Source: Candidatus Cloacimonadota bacterium (GTDB taxonomy: Bacteria; Cloacimonadota; Cloacimonadia; G963667145). Taken from it: 64,000 nucleotides of DNA. The stretch is taken from contig OY781092.1 of NCBI GenBank assembly GCA_963676615.1, forward strand, positions 544,001 through 608,000, read 5' to 3'. Below, piece by piece: positions 8,867-18,806 of the stretch. Each line of letters opens with the position of its first letter. The stretch's first letter is position 1. A program made the translations under genes and the position numbers. The notes beneath the pieces were generated by a model. That model saw only the letters and a list, made by a program, of their open reading frames with translations, was not told the origin of the DNA and did no database searches.

Positions 8867-11245
8867 ATGAAAATATCTTTGCAATGGCTAAAGCAGTTTG
8901 TAGATTTTGATTTGACGATAGACGATTTTACCGACAAAATAACTTTCGCTGGAATCGAGGTGGAAGAGATAATCGACTCTTTTGGCGCCATCAAAGATAT
9001 TGTTGTGGCAAAAGTGCTGAGCACTCAGCCGCATCCAAACGCCGACCGCTTGCGGCTTTGCACCGTGTTCGACGGCAAAAACGAGCATCAAGTGGTGTGC
9101 GGTGCGCCAAATTGCGCAGAGGGGCTAGTAACCGCTTTTGCGCCAGTCGGAGCCACTATTGGCGATTTCACCATCAAAAAGGCGAAGCTGCGAGGCGTGG
9201 AATCTTGCGGAATGTTTTGCAGCGGCAAAGAGCTTTTGCTCAGCAGCGATCACAGCGGAATTATGGAGTTGCCGCAAGACGCAACGCTCGGCGCTCCGCT
9301 AGCATCTCTTGGCTACGGCGATGTCGTTGTGGATGTGGAAATCACGCCCAATCGTCCAGATTTGTTGGGAATGATTGGCATTGCCAGAGATATAGCGGCG
9401 ATTTTGGGCAAGCCGTATAAACAGCCAAAGACCGATGATTTGGGACTAACTCCTGGAGATTTGCCTTGTGGGGTGAAGTTGATAAACAGCGCACCAGAAG
9501 CTTGTCCTCGTTTTACGCTCACGCAGATTGAGTCGGTGAGTGTGAGCAAATCGATGCCAGATTGGATGAGCAAAGCTCTGGACGCCAACGGAGTGAATAA
9601 AGTCAGCGATTTGGTTGGAGTGACCAACTATCTGCTTTTGGAGCAAGGACAGCCGATGCACGCTTACGATTTGGACAAAATCGAAGGTGGAATTGTCGAG
9701 GTGCGATTTGCGAGAAAAGGGGAAACGCTGGAGGCGCTCAACGGCAAAACCTACGAGCTTCGGGAATCGGATTTGGTGATTGCCGACAAAGTCAAAGTGC
9801 TTGGCATCGCGGGAGTTATCGGTGGAAAATCTTCGGCGGTGAGTTTGCAGACGAAAAATATTTTGCTCGAAGTTGCCAATTTTGCTTACCCTTTCGTCCA
9901 CAAAACTTCGCATTTTCATAAAATTTTTACCGACGCTTCGTATCGCTACGAACGAGGGTTGTCGCCAAAAGCTCTGGACAGAGTCATTCCACGGGCGAGC
10001 AAGATGATTGCCGATGTTGGCAAGGGAAAGTTGCAGACGGTTTATGCCGATTCTAATCCCAAAAGTGACGACGACAAAGTTGTGAGCGTTCGTTTGTCGA
10101 GGGTGAAGCGAGTGCTTAATGTGGAGATTGCCAAAGACAAAATTGTCGATTATCTAACGGCGCTGGATTTGGAACTGGTCGCTCAGGAAGCGGATTTGTT
10201 GAAGTTCAGAGTGCCGTATTTTCGGCAAGATCTCTACCGCGAAATCGATATTATCGAGGAGATAATTCGGTTGCACGGCTTTAATAATGTGCCGACTTGT
10301 GCGAGAAGGCAAGTTGTTGGTGATGCGCAGAAGCGAAAAATGAAGCGGAAAACCGAAGATTTTTTGGTGCTGCAAGGCTTTTTTCAGGCGTTGAACACCA
10401 GCTTTGTCAGCGCAGAGCAAACCAGCGGAATGGCGGACGATCAGCAGGCTGTGGAGCTTGTGAATCCTTTGGGCGCCGATATGGCGCTTTTGCGAAAAGA
10501 GCTGTTGCCGCAACTTCTGAAAAATCTAGAGTTTAACCTCAATAAAGGTCAAGATGCGGTAAAACTTTTTGAGCTGAACAAAGTTTATTTTGCTCGCACG
10601 GACGGTTTTGCCAAAGAACCGTTGCAGCTAGCGGCTGTAGCTTGTGGGAAAGCTAGCAATTTGCATTGGTCGGAGACTGGGCGAGATTACGACATTTTTG
10701 ATTTGAAGGGCGTTGTTGAAGATTATCTGGCGATTTTGGGGATAGAAGATTACGAGTTTGTTGTATCGCAAAAGCAGGTTTTATTTGATGCTGAGTGCTG
10801 TTTGCAGCTATGTGTCGCTGGGCAGGAAGTGGCGATTTTGGGCAGAGTGGACAGAGCTATTGCCAAAAAATTTGGGGTTAAGAAAGAGGTTTTTGCGCTT
10901 GTGTTGGATTTTGAAAAAGTTCTTGCGCTTTTGCCAAATCAGGAGTTTGAGTTTGTTTTGCCGCAAAAGTTCCCAAGCGTGAAAAGGGATTTGTCGCTGA
11001 TAGTGGATAAAAATATTAGCTATCAAAATCTCAAAAAAAAGATGGAAGGCAGCTCGAAATTTTTGCAAAAAGTGGCGCTTTACGACGAATATACTGGCAA
11101 GGGAATTGAGGGAGATAAGAGGAGTTTGACTTTCGCTTTGGATTTTTTTTCAAGCGAAAAAACCTTGACCGATGATATGGTTGGACGAGAATTTGACAAG
11201 ATAGTGACTGCGGTGCAAAGTGAGTTTGGTGCAAAGCTCAGATGA
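8867..11245 (+). CDS. pheT: Phenylalanine-tRNA ligase beta subunit
   Basis: HPNADRL, VVCGAPN, ITPNRPD, REIDIIEEI, FPSVKRDLS. Confidence 0.97.
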   Translation: MKISLQWLKQFVDFDLTIDDFTDKITFAGIEVEEIIDSFGAIKDIVVAKVLSTQPHPNADRLRLCTVFDGKNEHQVVCGAPNCAEGLVTAFAPVGATIGDFTIKKAKLRGVESCGMFCSGKELLLSSDHSGIMELPQDATLGAPLASLGYGDVVVDVEITPNRPDLLGMIGIARDIAAILGKPYKQPKTDDLGLTPGDLPCGVKLINSAPEACPRFTLTQIESVSVSKSMPDWMSKALDANGVNKVSDLVGVTNYLLLEQGQPMHAYDLDKIEGGIVEVRFARKGETLEALNGKTYELRESDLVIADKVKVLGIAGVIGGKSSAVSLQTKNILLEVANFAYPFVHKTSHFHKIFTDASYRYERGLSPKALDRVIPRASKMIADVGKGKLQTVYADSNPKSDDDKVVSVRLSRVKRVLNVEIAKDKIVDYLTALDLELVAQEADLLKFRVPYFRQDLYREIDIIEEIIRLHGFNNVPTCARRQVVGDAQKRKMKRKTEDFLVLQGFFQALNTSFVSAEQTSGMADDQQAVELVNPLGADMALLRKELLPQLLKNLEFNLNKGQDAVKLFELNKVYFARTDGFAKEPLQLAAVACGKASNLHWSETGRDYDIFDLKGVVEDYLAILGIEDYEFVVSQKQVLFDAECCLQLCVAGQEVAILGRVDRAIAKKFGVKKEVFALVLDFEKVLALLPNQEFEFVLPQKFPSVKRDLSLIVDKNISYQNLKKKMEGSSKFLQKVALYDEYTGKGIEGDKRSLTFALDFFSSEKTLTDDMVGREFDKIVTAVQSEFGAKLR

Positions 11246-11472
11246 GTAAATTGTCGAAAATTGAAGAGAAAATAAACAGGCTAATAGATAAATGTAGGAG
11301 ACTGGAGGCAGAGCTGGATCAAGGTGTGTTTGATTTTAGCAAAGTGACGGTCGATAGACGGATGGAAGACGAGCTGGCGATTTTAAAGAAAGAGCTGGCG
11401 AAAAAAGATGATAAGCTAAGGCGAGTTTCCGCGAGGATGGAAAAATTACAAAGCCTAGTGAAGAGCTTGTGA
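11242..11472 (+). CDS. Small coiled-coil protein (ZapB-like by position)
   Basis: Heptad-rich 76 aa ORF between pheT and zapA. Confidence 0.55.
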   Translation: MSKLSKIEEKINRLIDKCRRLEAELDQGVFDFSKVTVDRRMEDELAILKKELAKKDDKLRRVSARMEKLQSLVKSL

Positions 11473-11476
11473 CATT

Positions 11477-11734
11477 ATGACAAATAAAGTTCCAGTTCAA
11501 GTTACGATTTTTGGTCTTCCATACGAGTTTCATATAGAAGCTGAGAACAGAGAAAAAATTATTGATTGTGCTGAGCGATTGAATAAATTGATTGGGCAAA
11601 AAAAAAGCAAGTATGGAGACGGTGTGTCTCAGGTAAAGCTTTTGACGGTGATTTGCCTGGATCTTTTGGTAGAGCAGATGGACAACAACGATGTGCTCGG
11701 CAGAATTGAAAATATGTTGGATAAAAGCCTGTAA
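11477..11734 (+). CDS. zapA: Cell division protein ZapA
   Basis: VQVTIFGLPY N-terminus; pheT-zapA-6S-rny context. Confidence 0.75.
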   Translation: MTNKVPVQVTIFGLPYEFHIEAENREKIIDCAERLNKLIGQKKSKYGDGVSQVKLLTVICLDLLVEQMDNNDVLGRIENMLDKSL

Positions 11735-11899
11735 TATTGGTGATAGACGACTAGTTATATCATTTGAACTAGTTATAATAAGGGATGTAAGCTCCTGCTT
11801 TTGGCTCGTGCCGAGATTATACTCGGATTTGCGAAGTAGTGTTTAGATGAATATCCCACCTTGAATTTAAGTTCAAGATAAGTCGTGCTACACGGTATT
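11735..11899 (+). ncRNA. ssrS: 6S RNA
   Basis: Long closed rod: ACGACT/AGTCGT, TTGAACT/AGTTCAA, GGGAT/ATCCC around a central bubble; typical location after zapA. Confidence 0.8.
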
Positions 11900-11925
11900 A
11901 TGGGTTTTTTTAATTTTAAGGAGAA

Positions 11926-13473
11926 ATGATGTTACAAACATTGAATTATAGTTTTATTGGAGCTGGATTTTTGGTGCTCGCTTTGGCTTATTTTTTGAAG
12001 GTTCGACTCTCGGGAGATTATAAAAAAGCGCAAAAAACGATTAGGGACGCTCAAAGAAAAGCGGACAGCTTGATTAGTCAGAAGATGAAAGAGGCTGAGA
12101 GTTCTTTGGCGAAAAAAGAGAAAGGGCGTTTGCGGAAGCTCTCTAGCAGAGAAGAGGAGCTCAGAAAACAGGAAAACGCTTATAACAAAAGAATTAGCAA
12201 GTTGGATGCTCGGCTCGAGGCGCTGGACAAAAAAGAGGAAAAAATCAAAGTTTTGGATGGCAACTTGCAAGAAAAAGAGAAAGCTGTTGAGGAAAAATCG
12301 GCGAAAGTTGACGAAATTATCTCGGCGCAAAACGAGAAGTTGTCGCAAATTGCTGGATATTCCAAAGAAGAGGCGCTGGATGTGCTGATGAACAATTTGT
12401 TGGAAAAAGCTCGTGAAGGTGTGGCTCGCAAAATCAACGACATCGAGCAAGAGGTGAAAGACAACGCCAAGGAGCGCTCTGCCAAGATTTTGGCGGAAAC
12501 AGTGCAAAAGCTGGCTGTCGATTATGCGTCGGATTCTGTGGTGAGTGTGATAAATCTGCCGTCGGACGAGATGAAGGGCAGAGTCATTGGGCGTGAAGGC
12601 CGCAACATAAGGACTTTTGAGAAAGAGACAGGCGTCGATGTGATTGTGGACGATACGCCGGGCGCTATCGTTTTGTCGTGTTTTTCTGCTGTCAGAAGGG
12701 AGATCGCCTCGCACGCAATGCACAAGCTTATCGAAGACGGTCGGATTCACCCAGCCAGAATCGAGGAAGTGGTGCGAAAATCTACTGCTGAAATCGAGCG
12801 TCGTATCGAGAATTACGGTAAAAAGGCGTGCTTGAAAATGAATGTGGGCAATATTCCAAAAAATATCGTTAACCTAATCGGGCGTTTGCATTATCGGACG
12901 AGTTATGGGCAAAATGTGCTAAAGCACAGTATGGAAGCTGGCTGGATCGCAGGGATGATCGCCGCAGAGCTGGGGCTGAACCAAAGACTCGCCCGAAGAG
13001 CTGGATTTTTGCACGATATTGGCAAAGCTATCGATCACGAGGTGGAAGGAACGCACGCAATTATCGGGGCGAATTTTGCCAAAAAGAACGGCGAAAATCA
13101 GGTGATTGTGGATGCAATCCGAGCTCACCATGAAGAGGTGGAATCGACGAATGTTTACTGCCCGATTGTGCAAGCGGCGGACGCAATTTCTGGTGCTAGA
13201 CCTGGCGCTAGGCGAGAGGTGTTGGAGTCGTATGTGGAGCGGCTGGACAAGCTGGAGGAGATTGCAGGGTCGATCGACGGCGTTAAGCAAACTTTTGCTG
13301 TGCAAGCTGGACGAGAACTGCGGGTGATTGTAAATCCAGAGAAAATCAAAGAGGATAATTGTGCCTTTTTGGTGGAAGACATTGTCGGCAAAATCGAGTC
13401 TGAGATGCAATATCCAGGGCAGATAAAAGTGACTGTTATCAGAGAAAATAGGATGTCAGGCATCGCCAAATAA
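11926..13473 (+). CDS. rny: Ribonuclease Y
   Basis: N-terminal TM helix, coiled coil, KH (MKGRVIGREGRNI), HD (LHDIGK), RPGARRE. Confidence 0.97.
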   Translation: MMLQTLNYSFIGAGFLVLALAYFLKVRLSGDYKKAQKTIRDAQRKADSLISQKMKEAESSLAKKEKGRLRKLSSREEELRKQENAYNKRISKLDARLEALDKKEEKIKVLDGNLQEKEKAVEEKSAKVDEIISAQNEKLSQIAGYSKEEALDVLMNNLLEKAREGVARKINDIEQEVKDNAKERSAKILAETVQKLAVDYASDSVVSVINLPSDEMKGRVIGREGRNIRTFEKETGVDVIVDDTPGAIVLSCFSAVRREIASHAMHKLIEDGRIHPARIEEVVRKSTAEIERRIENYGKKACLKMNVGNIPKNIVNLIGRLHYRTSYGQNVLKHSMEAGWIAGMIAAELGLNQRLARRAGFLHDIGKAIDHEVEGTHAIIGANFAKKNGENQVIVDAIRAHHEEVESTNVYCPIVQAADAISGARPGARREVLESYVERLDKLEEIAGSIDGVKQTFAVQAGRELRVIVNPEKIKEDNCAFLVEDIVGKIESEMQYPGQIKVTVIRENRMSGIAK

Positions 13474-14288
13474 TGAAAATCCTTTTTCTTGGCGATATCT
13501 ATGGACACCCCGGCAGATACTTGATACAAGAGCATTTGCAGAGGTTGCGGCAGGAGTTTGAGGTCGATTTGTGCATCGCTAATTGTGAAAATCTGAATCA
13601 CGGTCGTGGAGTGAGCCAGAACTCGATTTTGCAGATGAAAAATGCGGGCGTGGATGTTTTTACTTCGGGAAATCACCTTTGGGATAATCGCCAAAGTTTG
13701 GACTTTATCGCATCTTGTCGCGAGATTTTGAAGCCAGCTAATGTCCAAGAATCGGCGCTGGGCAGCGATTTTTATCGATTTCAGACGCAAGACGGTAAAC
13801 GATGCGCGGTGGTGTGCCTTATCGGGCAAACTTTTATGCCAGCGGCGAACTTCCCAATTACCGTTTTAGAGGAGATTTTGGAAAACGATTTGGCGGACGA
13901 AGAGAACATTTTTGTCGATTTTCACGCGGAAGCCACAGGCGAAAAACGGGTGATGTCCTTATATTTTGACGGCAAGATTTCGTGCCTTGTGGGGACACAC
14001 ACCCATGTGCAGACTGCCGACGAGCAAATTTTGCCGCATGGTTGTGGATTTATCAGCGATGTGGGAATGTGCGGCGGGCACTATTCGGGAATAGGCGTCA
14101 AAAAAGAGATTGTGCTCAAAAAGAACATCAGCGGAATGCCCGAGCGGTATCATCCCTCGTGGGAAGGACTTGAGATAAACGCTCTTTTTGTCGAGCTAGA
14201 AAAAGGCAAAACGGTTAAAATTCAGAGAATAAAAAGGGGATATGAGCAAGCTAAAAGTAGTCCCGCTTTTGCGACAATTAAAGGCTGA
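13473..14288 (+). CDS. ymdB: YmdB-family metallophosphoesterase
   Basis: GDIYG, NCEN, SGNH, DFHAEAT, GTHTHV, DVGM; follows rny. Confidence 0.92.
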   Translation: MKILFLGDIYGHPGRYLIQEHLQRLRQEFEVDLCIANCENLNHGRGVSQNSILQMKNAGVDVFTSGNHLWDNRQSLDFIASCREILKPANVQESALGSDFYRFQTQDGKRCAVVCLIGQTFMPAANFPITVLEEILENDLADEENIFVDFHAEATGEKRVMSLYFDGKISCLVGTHTHVQTADEQILPHGCGFISDVGMCGGHYSGIGVKKEIVLKKNISGMPERYHPSWEGLEINALFVELEKGKTVKIQRIKRGYEQAKSSPAFATIKG

Positions 14289-15093
14289 AATTAAGGCAGA
14301 AGTCGAAAGTTGTCAAAAGAGACCGACCTTGATGGTTGTTGTGGTTGGAGACGATCCGGCCTCTTTTATTTATGTGAAAAATATCCAAAAAAAAGCTCAG
14401 CAGTTGGGAATAGTTTGCAAAATTGAGAGTTTTTCGGCGACTGTGGGGCAGACAGAGTTGGAGCAAAAGCTGAAAATTTTGGCGAACTGCGAGGATGTTG
14501 ACGGGATTATGATTCAACGGCCTTTGCCTGCTGGTTTGGATTTGGACGCGCTTTTGCAGATTGTGCCTGCTGGCAAAGACGCCGAAGGTGTCGTGGACGA
14601 AAATTTGGGCAAAATTCTTTCGGGAGGAGAAGCTCCTGCGCCTTGCACGGCTTTGGCTGTTTTTGAGCTGATTAAAAAGCATAATCTTTTGCAATTCGGC
14701 AAAAAAGTGGTGATAATGGGCATTTCAACTTTGGTCGGCAAGCCGCTGCTGAACTGGCTTGCGTATTACGGCGGAGTGCAGATTTCGATGGTGGACATCA
14801 ACACGCCAAATCCCAAAAGTTATACGCGGCAAGCCGATTTGCTCGTGGTGGCTATCGGTTGTCCGCAAGAGATAAAAGCCGACTATCTCAAGCCGGGAGC
14901 GGTGGTGATCGATGTGGGAATAAACCAAATCGAGGTTGATGGCGAAGAAATTGTGGTCGGCGATGTCGATTTTGAAGATTGCAAATCTGTGGCGAAATCT
15001 ATCAGCGTTGTGCCTGGGGGAGTCGGTCGCATCACTACTTATTGCATTTTTAAAAATTTGCTATTTTTGTGCAAATCTAGCTGCGGCGAATAG
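14242..15093 (+). CDS. folD: Methylene-THF dehydrogenase (divergent FolD)
   Basis: VGDDPAS, DGIMIQRPLP, PCTA, VIDVGIN, PGGVG; the YxxxK lysine is replaced (YVKNI). Confidence 0.88.
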   Translation: MSKLKVVPLLRQLKAEIKAEVESCQKRPTLMVVVVGDDPASFIYVKNIQKKAQQLGIVCKIESFSATVGQTELEQKLKILANCEDVDGIMIQRPLPAGLDLDALLQIVPAGKDAEGVVDENLGKILSGGEAPAPCTALAVFELIKKHNLLQFGKKVVIMGISTLVGKPLLNWLAYYGGVQISMVDINTPNPKSYTRQADLLVVAIGCPQEIKADYLKPGAVVIDVGINQIEVDGEEIVVGDVDFEDCKSVAKSISVVPGGVGRITTYCIFKNLLFLCKSSCGE

Positions 15094-15115
15094 GTTTTCT
15101 TAAAAGAAGGAAAAA

Positions 15116-16453
15116 ATGGAGCACAATAAAGTTCTGGGCGACAAAAATATCAATCGAGCGCTTTTGAATATGTCTTTGCCAGCCATCGTCGGGATGAGCG
15201 TTGTGGCGACATACAGCCTTGTTGACACCGTTTTTGTCGGACATTGCGTGGGTCCGATGGGCATTGCGGGAATTTTTATTGGTTTTCCTTTCCAAATTTT
15301 TATTATGTCGGTGGCGATGATGCTTGGCGTTGGTGGTGGCTCGATAATCTCGCGGGCGTTGGGCGAAGGCAGAGTCAGGCGCGCCTATTCCACCTTGAGC
15401 ACAGTCGTTTTCGGCACCCTTGCCATAGGCGTGATTATCACGCTTGTTTGCCTTGTTGGTTTGCCGTTTTTTTTGCGACTTTCTGGCGCAGACGGGCTGG
15501 TTTACAGCTACGCCAAGCGGTATTTGGTCGTGATGATTTTGGGCACCGTTTTTTTTATGGGAGCGCTGGTTGCCAACTCGCTTTTGCGTGCCGAAGGACG
15601 CAGTAACGCGGCGATGTGGATTTTGGTTTTGGGCGGAGGCTTGAACATCGTTTTGGACTTTTTCACGATTTATCTATTCAATATGGGAACTTTTGGAGCC
15701 GCTCTTGCGACGGTGCTAGCTCAAATTGTGGCAAGCGTTTATGTCGTTTTTCACTTTTCTAAACACGCCAGCAGAGTCCATTTTGAAAAGTTAATATTTG
15801 ACTGGCGAATATTCAAACAGACGCTGATTTTGGGATTTTCGTCGTTCATAAATCAAGTCAGTTCGGCAATTTTGATTGTCGTCCTCAACAATCGTCTGTC
15901 CACATACGGAGGCGGAGTCGCTATCGGAATTTTCAGCATTTATCACAGAATGGCGATGCTTATCTGTATGCCTGTCTATGGTTTAGCGCAAGGGATGCAA
16001 CCGATAGCCGGCTACCATTTTGGCTCGAAAACTTTCGACAAAGTCAAAGAGGTGTTCCACAAAGCGACCTTTTGGGCGACGCTGGTCACCACGCTTGGAT
16101 TTGTGGTGATGTGCTTTTTTCCGTCGTTTGTAATCGGCGCTTTTACCTCCAGCGTAAAAATTCTTCCCGAAGGAAAAACCGCTTTGGTCATTTTGAGCCT
16201 AGCCTACCCGCTGGTCGGCTTTCAGATGATTGGCTCAATGGGCTTTATGGCCATCGGCAAATACCGTCCAGCCTTGATACTCAACACTCTCCGCCAGCTG
16301 ATTTTTCTCATCCCGTTCGTTTACATCTTGTCGCCATTTTTGGGAATTATGGGAATTTGGGTGTCGTTCCCGCTCTCCGACTTTTTGGCGTTCGTGGTCA
16401 CCCTGATTTTGTATCATCGCTACATTCGCCAAGTCGAAAAAGAGTATAAATGA
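15116..16453 (+). CDS. MATE family efflux transporter (MepA-like)
   Basis: About 12 TM helices; YSLVDTVFVG, LRAEG, NIVLD, QGMQPIAGY. Confidence 0.9.
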   Translation: MEHNKVLGDKNINRALLNMSLPAIVGMSVVATYSLVDTVFVGHCVGPMGIAGIFIGFPFQIFIMSVAMMLGVGGGSIISRALGEGRVRRAYSTLSTVVFGTLAIGVIITLVCLVGLPFFLRLSGADGLVYSYAKRYLVVMILGTVFFMGALVANSLLRAEGRSNAAMWILVLGGGLNIVLDFFTIYLFNMGTFGAALATVLAQIVASVYVVFHFSKHASRVHFEKLIFDWRIFKQTLILGFSSFINQVSSAILIVVLNNRLSTYGGGVAIGIFSIYHRMAMLICMPVYGLAQGMQPIAGYHFGSKTFDKVKEVFHKATFWATLVTTLGFVVMCFFPSFVIGAFTSSVKILPEGKTALVILSLAYPLVGFQMIGSMGFMAIGKYRPALILNTLRQLIFLIPFVYILSPFLGIMGIWVSFPLSDFLAFVVTLILYHRYIRQVEKEYK

Positions 16454-17181
16454 GAGCTTATTTCATATCCGACACGCATTTGAAGCCTGTTCCCAAAACA
16501 GCCGAAGACGCCGCTCGTCAAAAAAAAGTTGTGCAATTTTTGGAAAAAATCACAGGCAAAGCCGATATTTTGGTAATCGCTGGCGATTTTTTTGACCTAT
16601 GGTTCGACTGGAAAAATATCGTCCTCTCACAATTTTTCCCCGTCTATTGCGCTCTGCGAGATTTGCGAAAAGGCGGCTGTCAGATAAAAATAGTCGCCGG
16701 CAATCACGACTTCTACTTTCGTTATTTTTTGCAAAATCAGCTGGGAATAGAGGTGCACAAAGCCGAAATCAGCCTGCAAATCGACAATCGCAAAATCTTC
16801 GTCACTCACGGCGATAGCCACGGCAAAAATGACTTTCGCTACAAATTTTACAAACTCTTAATTCGCTCAAAAATATTTGAGCTGTTTTTTGGAACAATTC
16901 CGCCCGCTCTGAGCATCCAAATCGGCTCATTTGCTTCCCGAAGCTCTCGCTTTCGCAAAGTTGACCCAAAAAAACTCGCTCGCAAAGAGGAACAGCTGCT
17001 ACAATTTGCGAAGAAAAAAATTGCCGAAGACGGCTACGACATCGTTGTAATGGGACACACGCACAATCCGCTCTTGCAAAAAATTAGTGGCGGAATTTAC
17101 GCAAACTGCGGCGATTGGCTGACTCACGACTCTTACCTAGAGCTTTGCGATGGCGAGCTGAAGCTAAAAATTCCCCAATAA
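16450..17181 (+). CDS. lpxH: UDP-2,3-diacylglucosamine diphosphatase-like metallophosphoesterase
   Basis: ISDTHL, GDFFD.W, GNHD, HGD, MGHTH, NCGDW. Confidence 0.8.
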   Translation: MRAYFISDTHLKPVPKTAEDAARQKKVVQFLEKITGKADILVIAGDFFDLWFDWKNIVLSQFFPVYCALRDLRKGGCQIKIVAGNHDFYFRYFLQNQLGIEVHKAEISLQIDNRKIFVTHGDSHGKNDFRYKFYKLLIRSKIFELFFGTIPPALSIQIGSFASRSSRFRKVDPKKLARKEEQLLQFAKKKIAEDGYDIVVMGHTHNPLLQKISGGIYANCGDWLTHDSYLELCDGELKLKIPQ

Positions 17182-17264
17182 TTTTTTTTCAATTTCTTAA
17201 TTTATCAAAAAGCAGTCTAAAAAGCTTGTGGTAGTTCATTATTATAAAATAAATAAAAATAAGG

Positions 17265-17329
17265 TTGACAAATTGTTTCTTTGTTTAAGCATTTGGACAT
17301 ATTGTTAATTTGTGTTCACATAAATGAAC
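17265..17329 (+). promoter_or_regulatory. Promoter (-35 TTGACA) and candidate IclR operator of the ectoine locus
   Basis: TTGACA 17265-17270; dyad GTTCA-cataaa-TGAAC 17314-17329. Confidence 0.55.
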
Positions 17330-17411
17330 TGCTAAAACGAAATGTGACTCGCTGAATGGAGTTTTCCATATAAAGGGGTTTACTTCTCAAATAAAAATAA
17401 GGAGTAAAAAA

Positions 17412-18782
17412 ATGAAATTGGAACAACTATCTATCAATGAAGCACCCGTTATCAAAGTGGTGCCGCCAGGACCGAATTCACAAAAAATTTTGAAATTTCA
17501 AAACGAGAACGAAGGCTCGGCGGTTTCGTATTCAAAGGGAATGCCAATGAGTCTGAAAGAGGGCAAAGGTGCTACGCTCGTGGACGAAGACGATAATATC
17601 TATATTGATATGTTTTCAGGAGCGGGTGTAATGGCGCTGGGGCATTCTCATCCAGTGGTTTTGGAGGCAGCTCACAAGCAACTGGATAAAATAACTCACA
17701 CATTAGATATCCCAACAGTTGAGCGAGAGGAGTTGGTGGCGACGATCAAATCTTTGTTGCCAAACGAGTTAACGAGAGTTTTTTTTGGTGGACCAACAGG
17801 CAGTGACGCCGTGGAACAGGCTATCAAATTGGCAAAATACAATACTGGCAGAGACACTATTATTGCTTTTGAGGGAGCTTATCATGGTATGACAGGTATG
17901 GCTTTGGCGATGACTTGCGATTTGTCTCATCAAGGAGTTGGGTCCACGGTTCCTGGCGTTTCTTTCATCCCGTTTCCATATAATTATCGAAATCCGTTTG
18001 GTTGTCCAGACAAAGATGTCGACTTGCAGGCTGCTGAGAATTTGGAAAGAGTGCTAAGCGATAGTCACTCTGGCTACCCGAAACCGGCTGCCGTAATTTT
18101 GGAGTCTGTGCAAGGCGAAGGTGGCACGATAATTCCTACCACTCGTTTTATGAAAAGGGTTAGACAAATCTGCGACGAGCATAATGTTTTGATGATTTGT
18201 GACGAGATACAGTCTGGTTTGGGCAGAACAGGTAAGATGTTTGCTTTTGAGCATTTTGATGTTGTGCCAGATATTGTGACAATGAGCAAAGCACTGGGCG
18301 GCATTGGATTGCCTATTTCGGCGATCGCTTACAAAGAGAAATTGAACACTATGCCTGCGGGAAAATCTATCGGAACTTTTCGTGGAAATATGATTGCTTT
18401 TGCTGCTGGCAACGCCTCTTTGAACTGGATGAAAGAGGTGAATTTGTTGGATCATGTGAACCAAGCAGGGAAGATGGCTCTGGATAAACTGACCTCTTTT
18501 GCAAAAAAATCTGATATTGTTGGAGAGGTGCGAGGAATTGGCCTTATGATCGCCATTGAAATGGTGTCTGACAAGCAGTCTAAAAAGCCCGCTTCAACTT
18601 TGGGTAAATTGATACGAAAATACGCTCATCAGCGGGGCGTGATGATAGAGGTCGGTGGACATCACGGCAATGTAGCCAGGCTTTTGCCGCCCTTGGTTAT
18701 TACCAAAGATTTGCTAATGAAGGGAGTCGATATTTTGATAGAGGTTATCCAAGATATAGAGTCTGGGAAAATTAAAAAGTAA
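17412..18782 (+). CDS. Class III PLP aminotransferase, Dat/EctB-type diaminobutyrate transaminase
   Basis: HTLD, GPTGSDAVE, AYHGMT, ESVQGEGG, DEIQSGLGRTG, SKALGG, GTFRGN. Confidence 0.8.
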   Translation: MKLEQLSINEAPVIKVVPPGPNSQKILKFQNENEGSAVSYSKGMPMSLKEGKGATLVDEDDNIYIDMFSGAGVMALGHSHPVVLEAAHKQLDKITHTLDIPTVEREELVATIKSLLPNELTRVFFGGPTGSDAVEQAIKLAKYNTGRDTIIAFEGAYHGMTGMALAMTCDLSHQGVGSTVPGVSFIPFPYNYRNPFGCPDKDVDLQAAENLERVLSDSHSGYPKPAAVILESVQGEGGTIIPTTRFMKRVRQICDEHNVLMICDEIQSGLGRTGKMFAFEHFDVVPDIVTMSKALGGIGLPISAIAYKEKLNTMPAGKSIGTFRGNMIAFAAGNASLNWMKEVNLLDHVNQAGKMALDKLTSFAKKSDIVGEVRGIGLMIAIEMVSDKQSKKPASTLGKLIRKYAHQRGVMIEVGGHHGNVARLLPPLVITKDLLMKGVDILIEVIQDIESGKIKK

Positions 18783-18806
18783 TTTATTTTTAAGAGGGTG
18801 ATAGAT

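Noticed and set aside
14242..14288. 47-nt ymdB/folD overlap as a sign of frameshift
   Set aside because: Both proteins appear complete; the ymdB tail is simply a short extension
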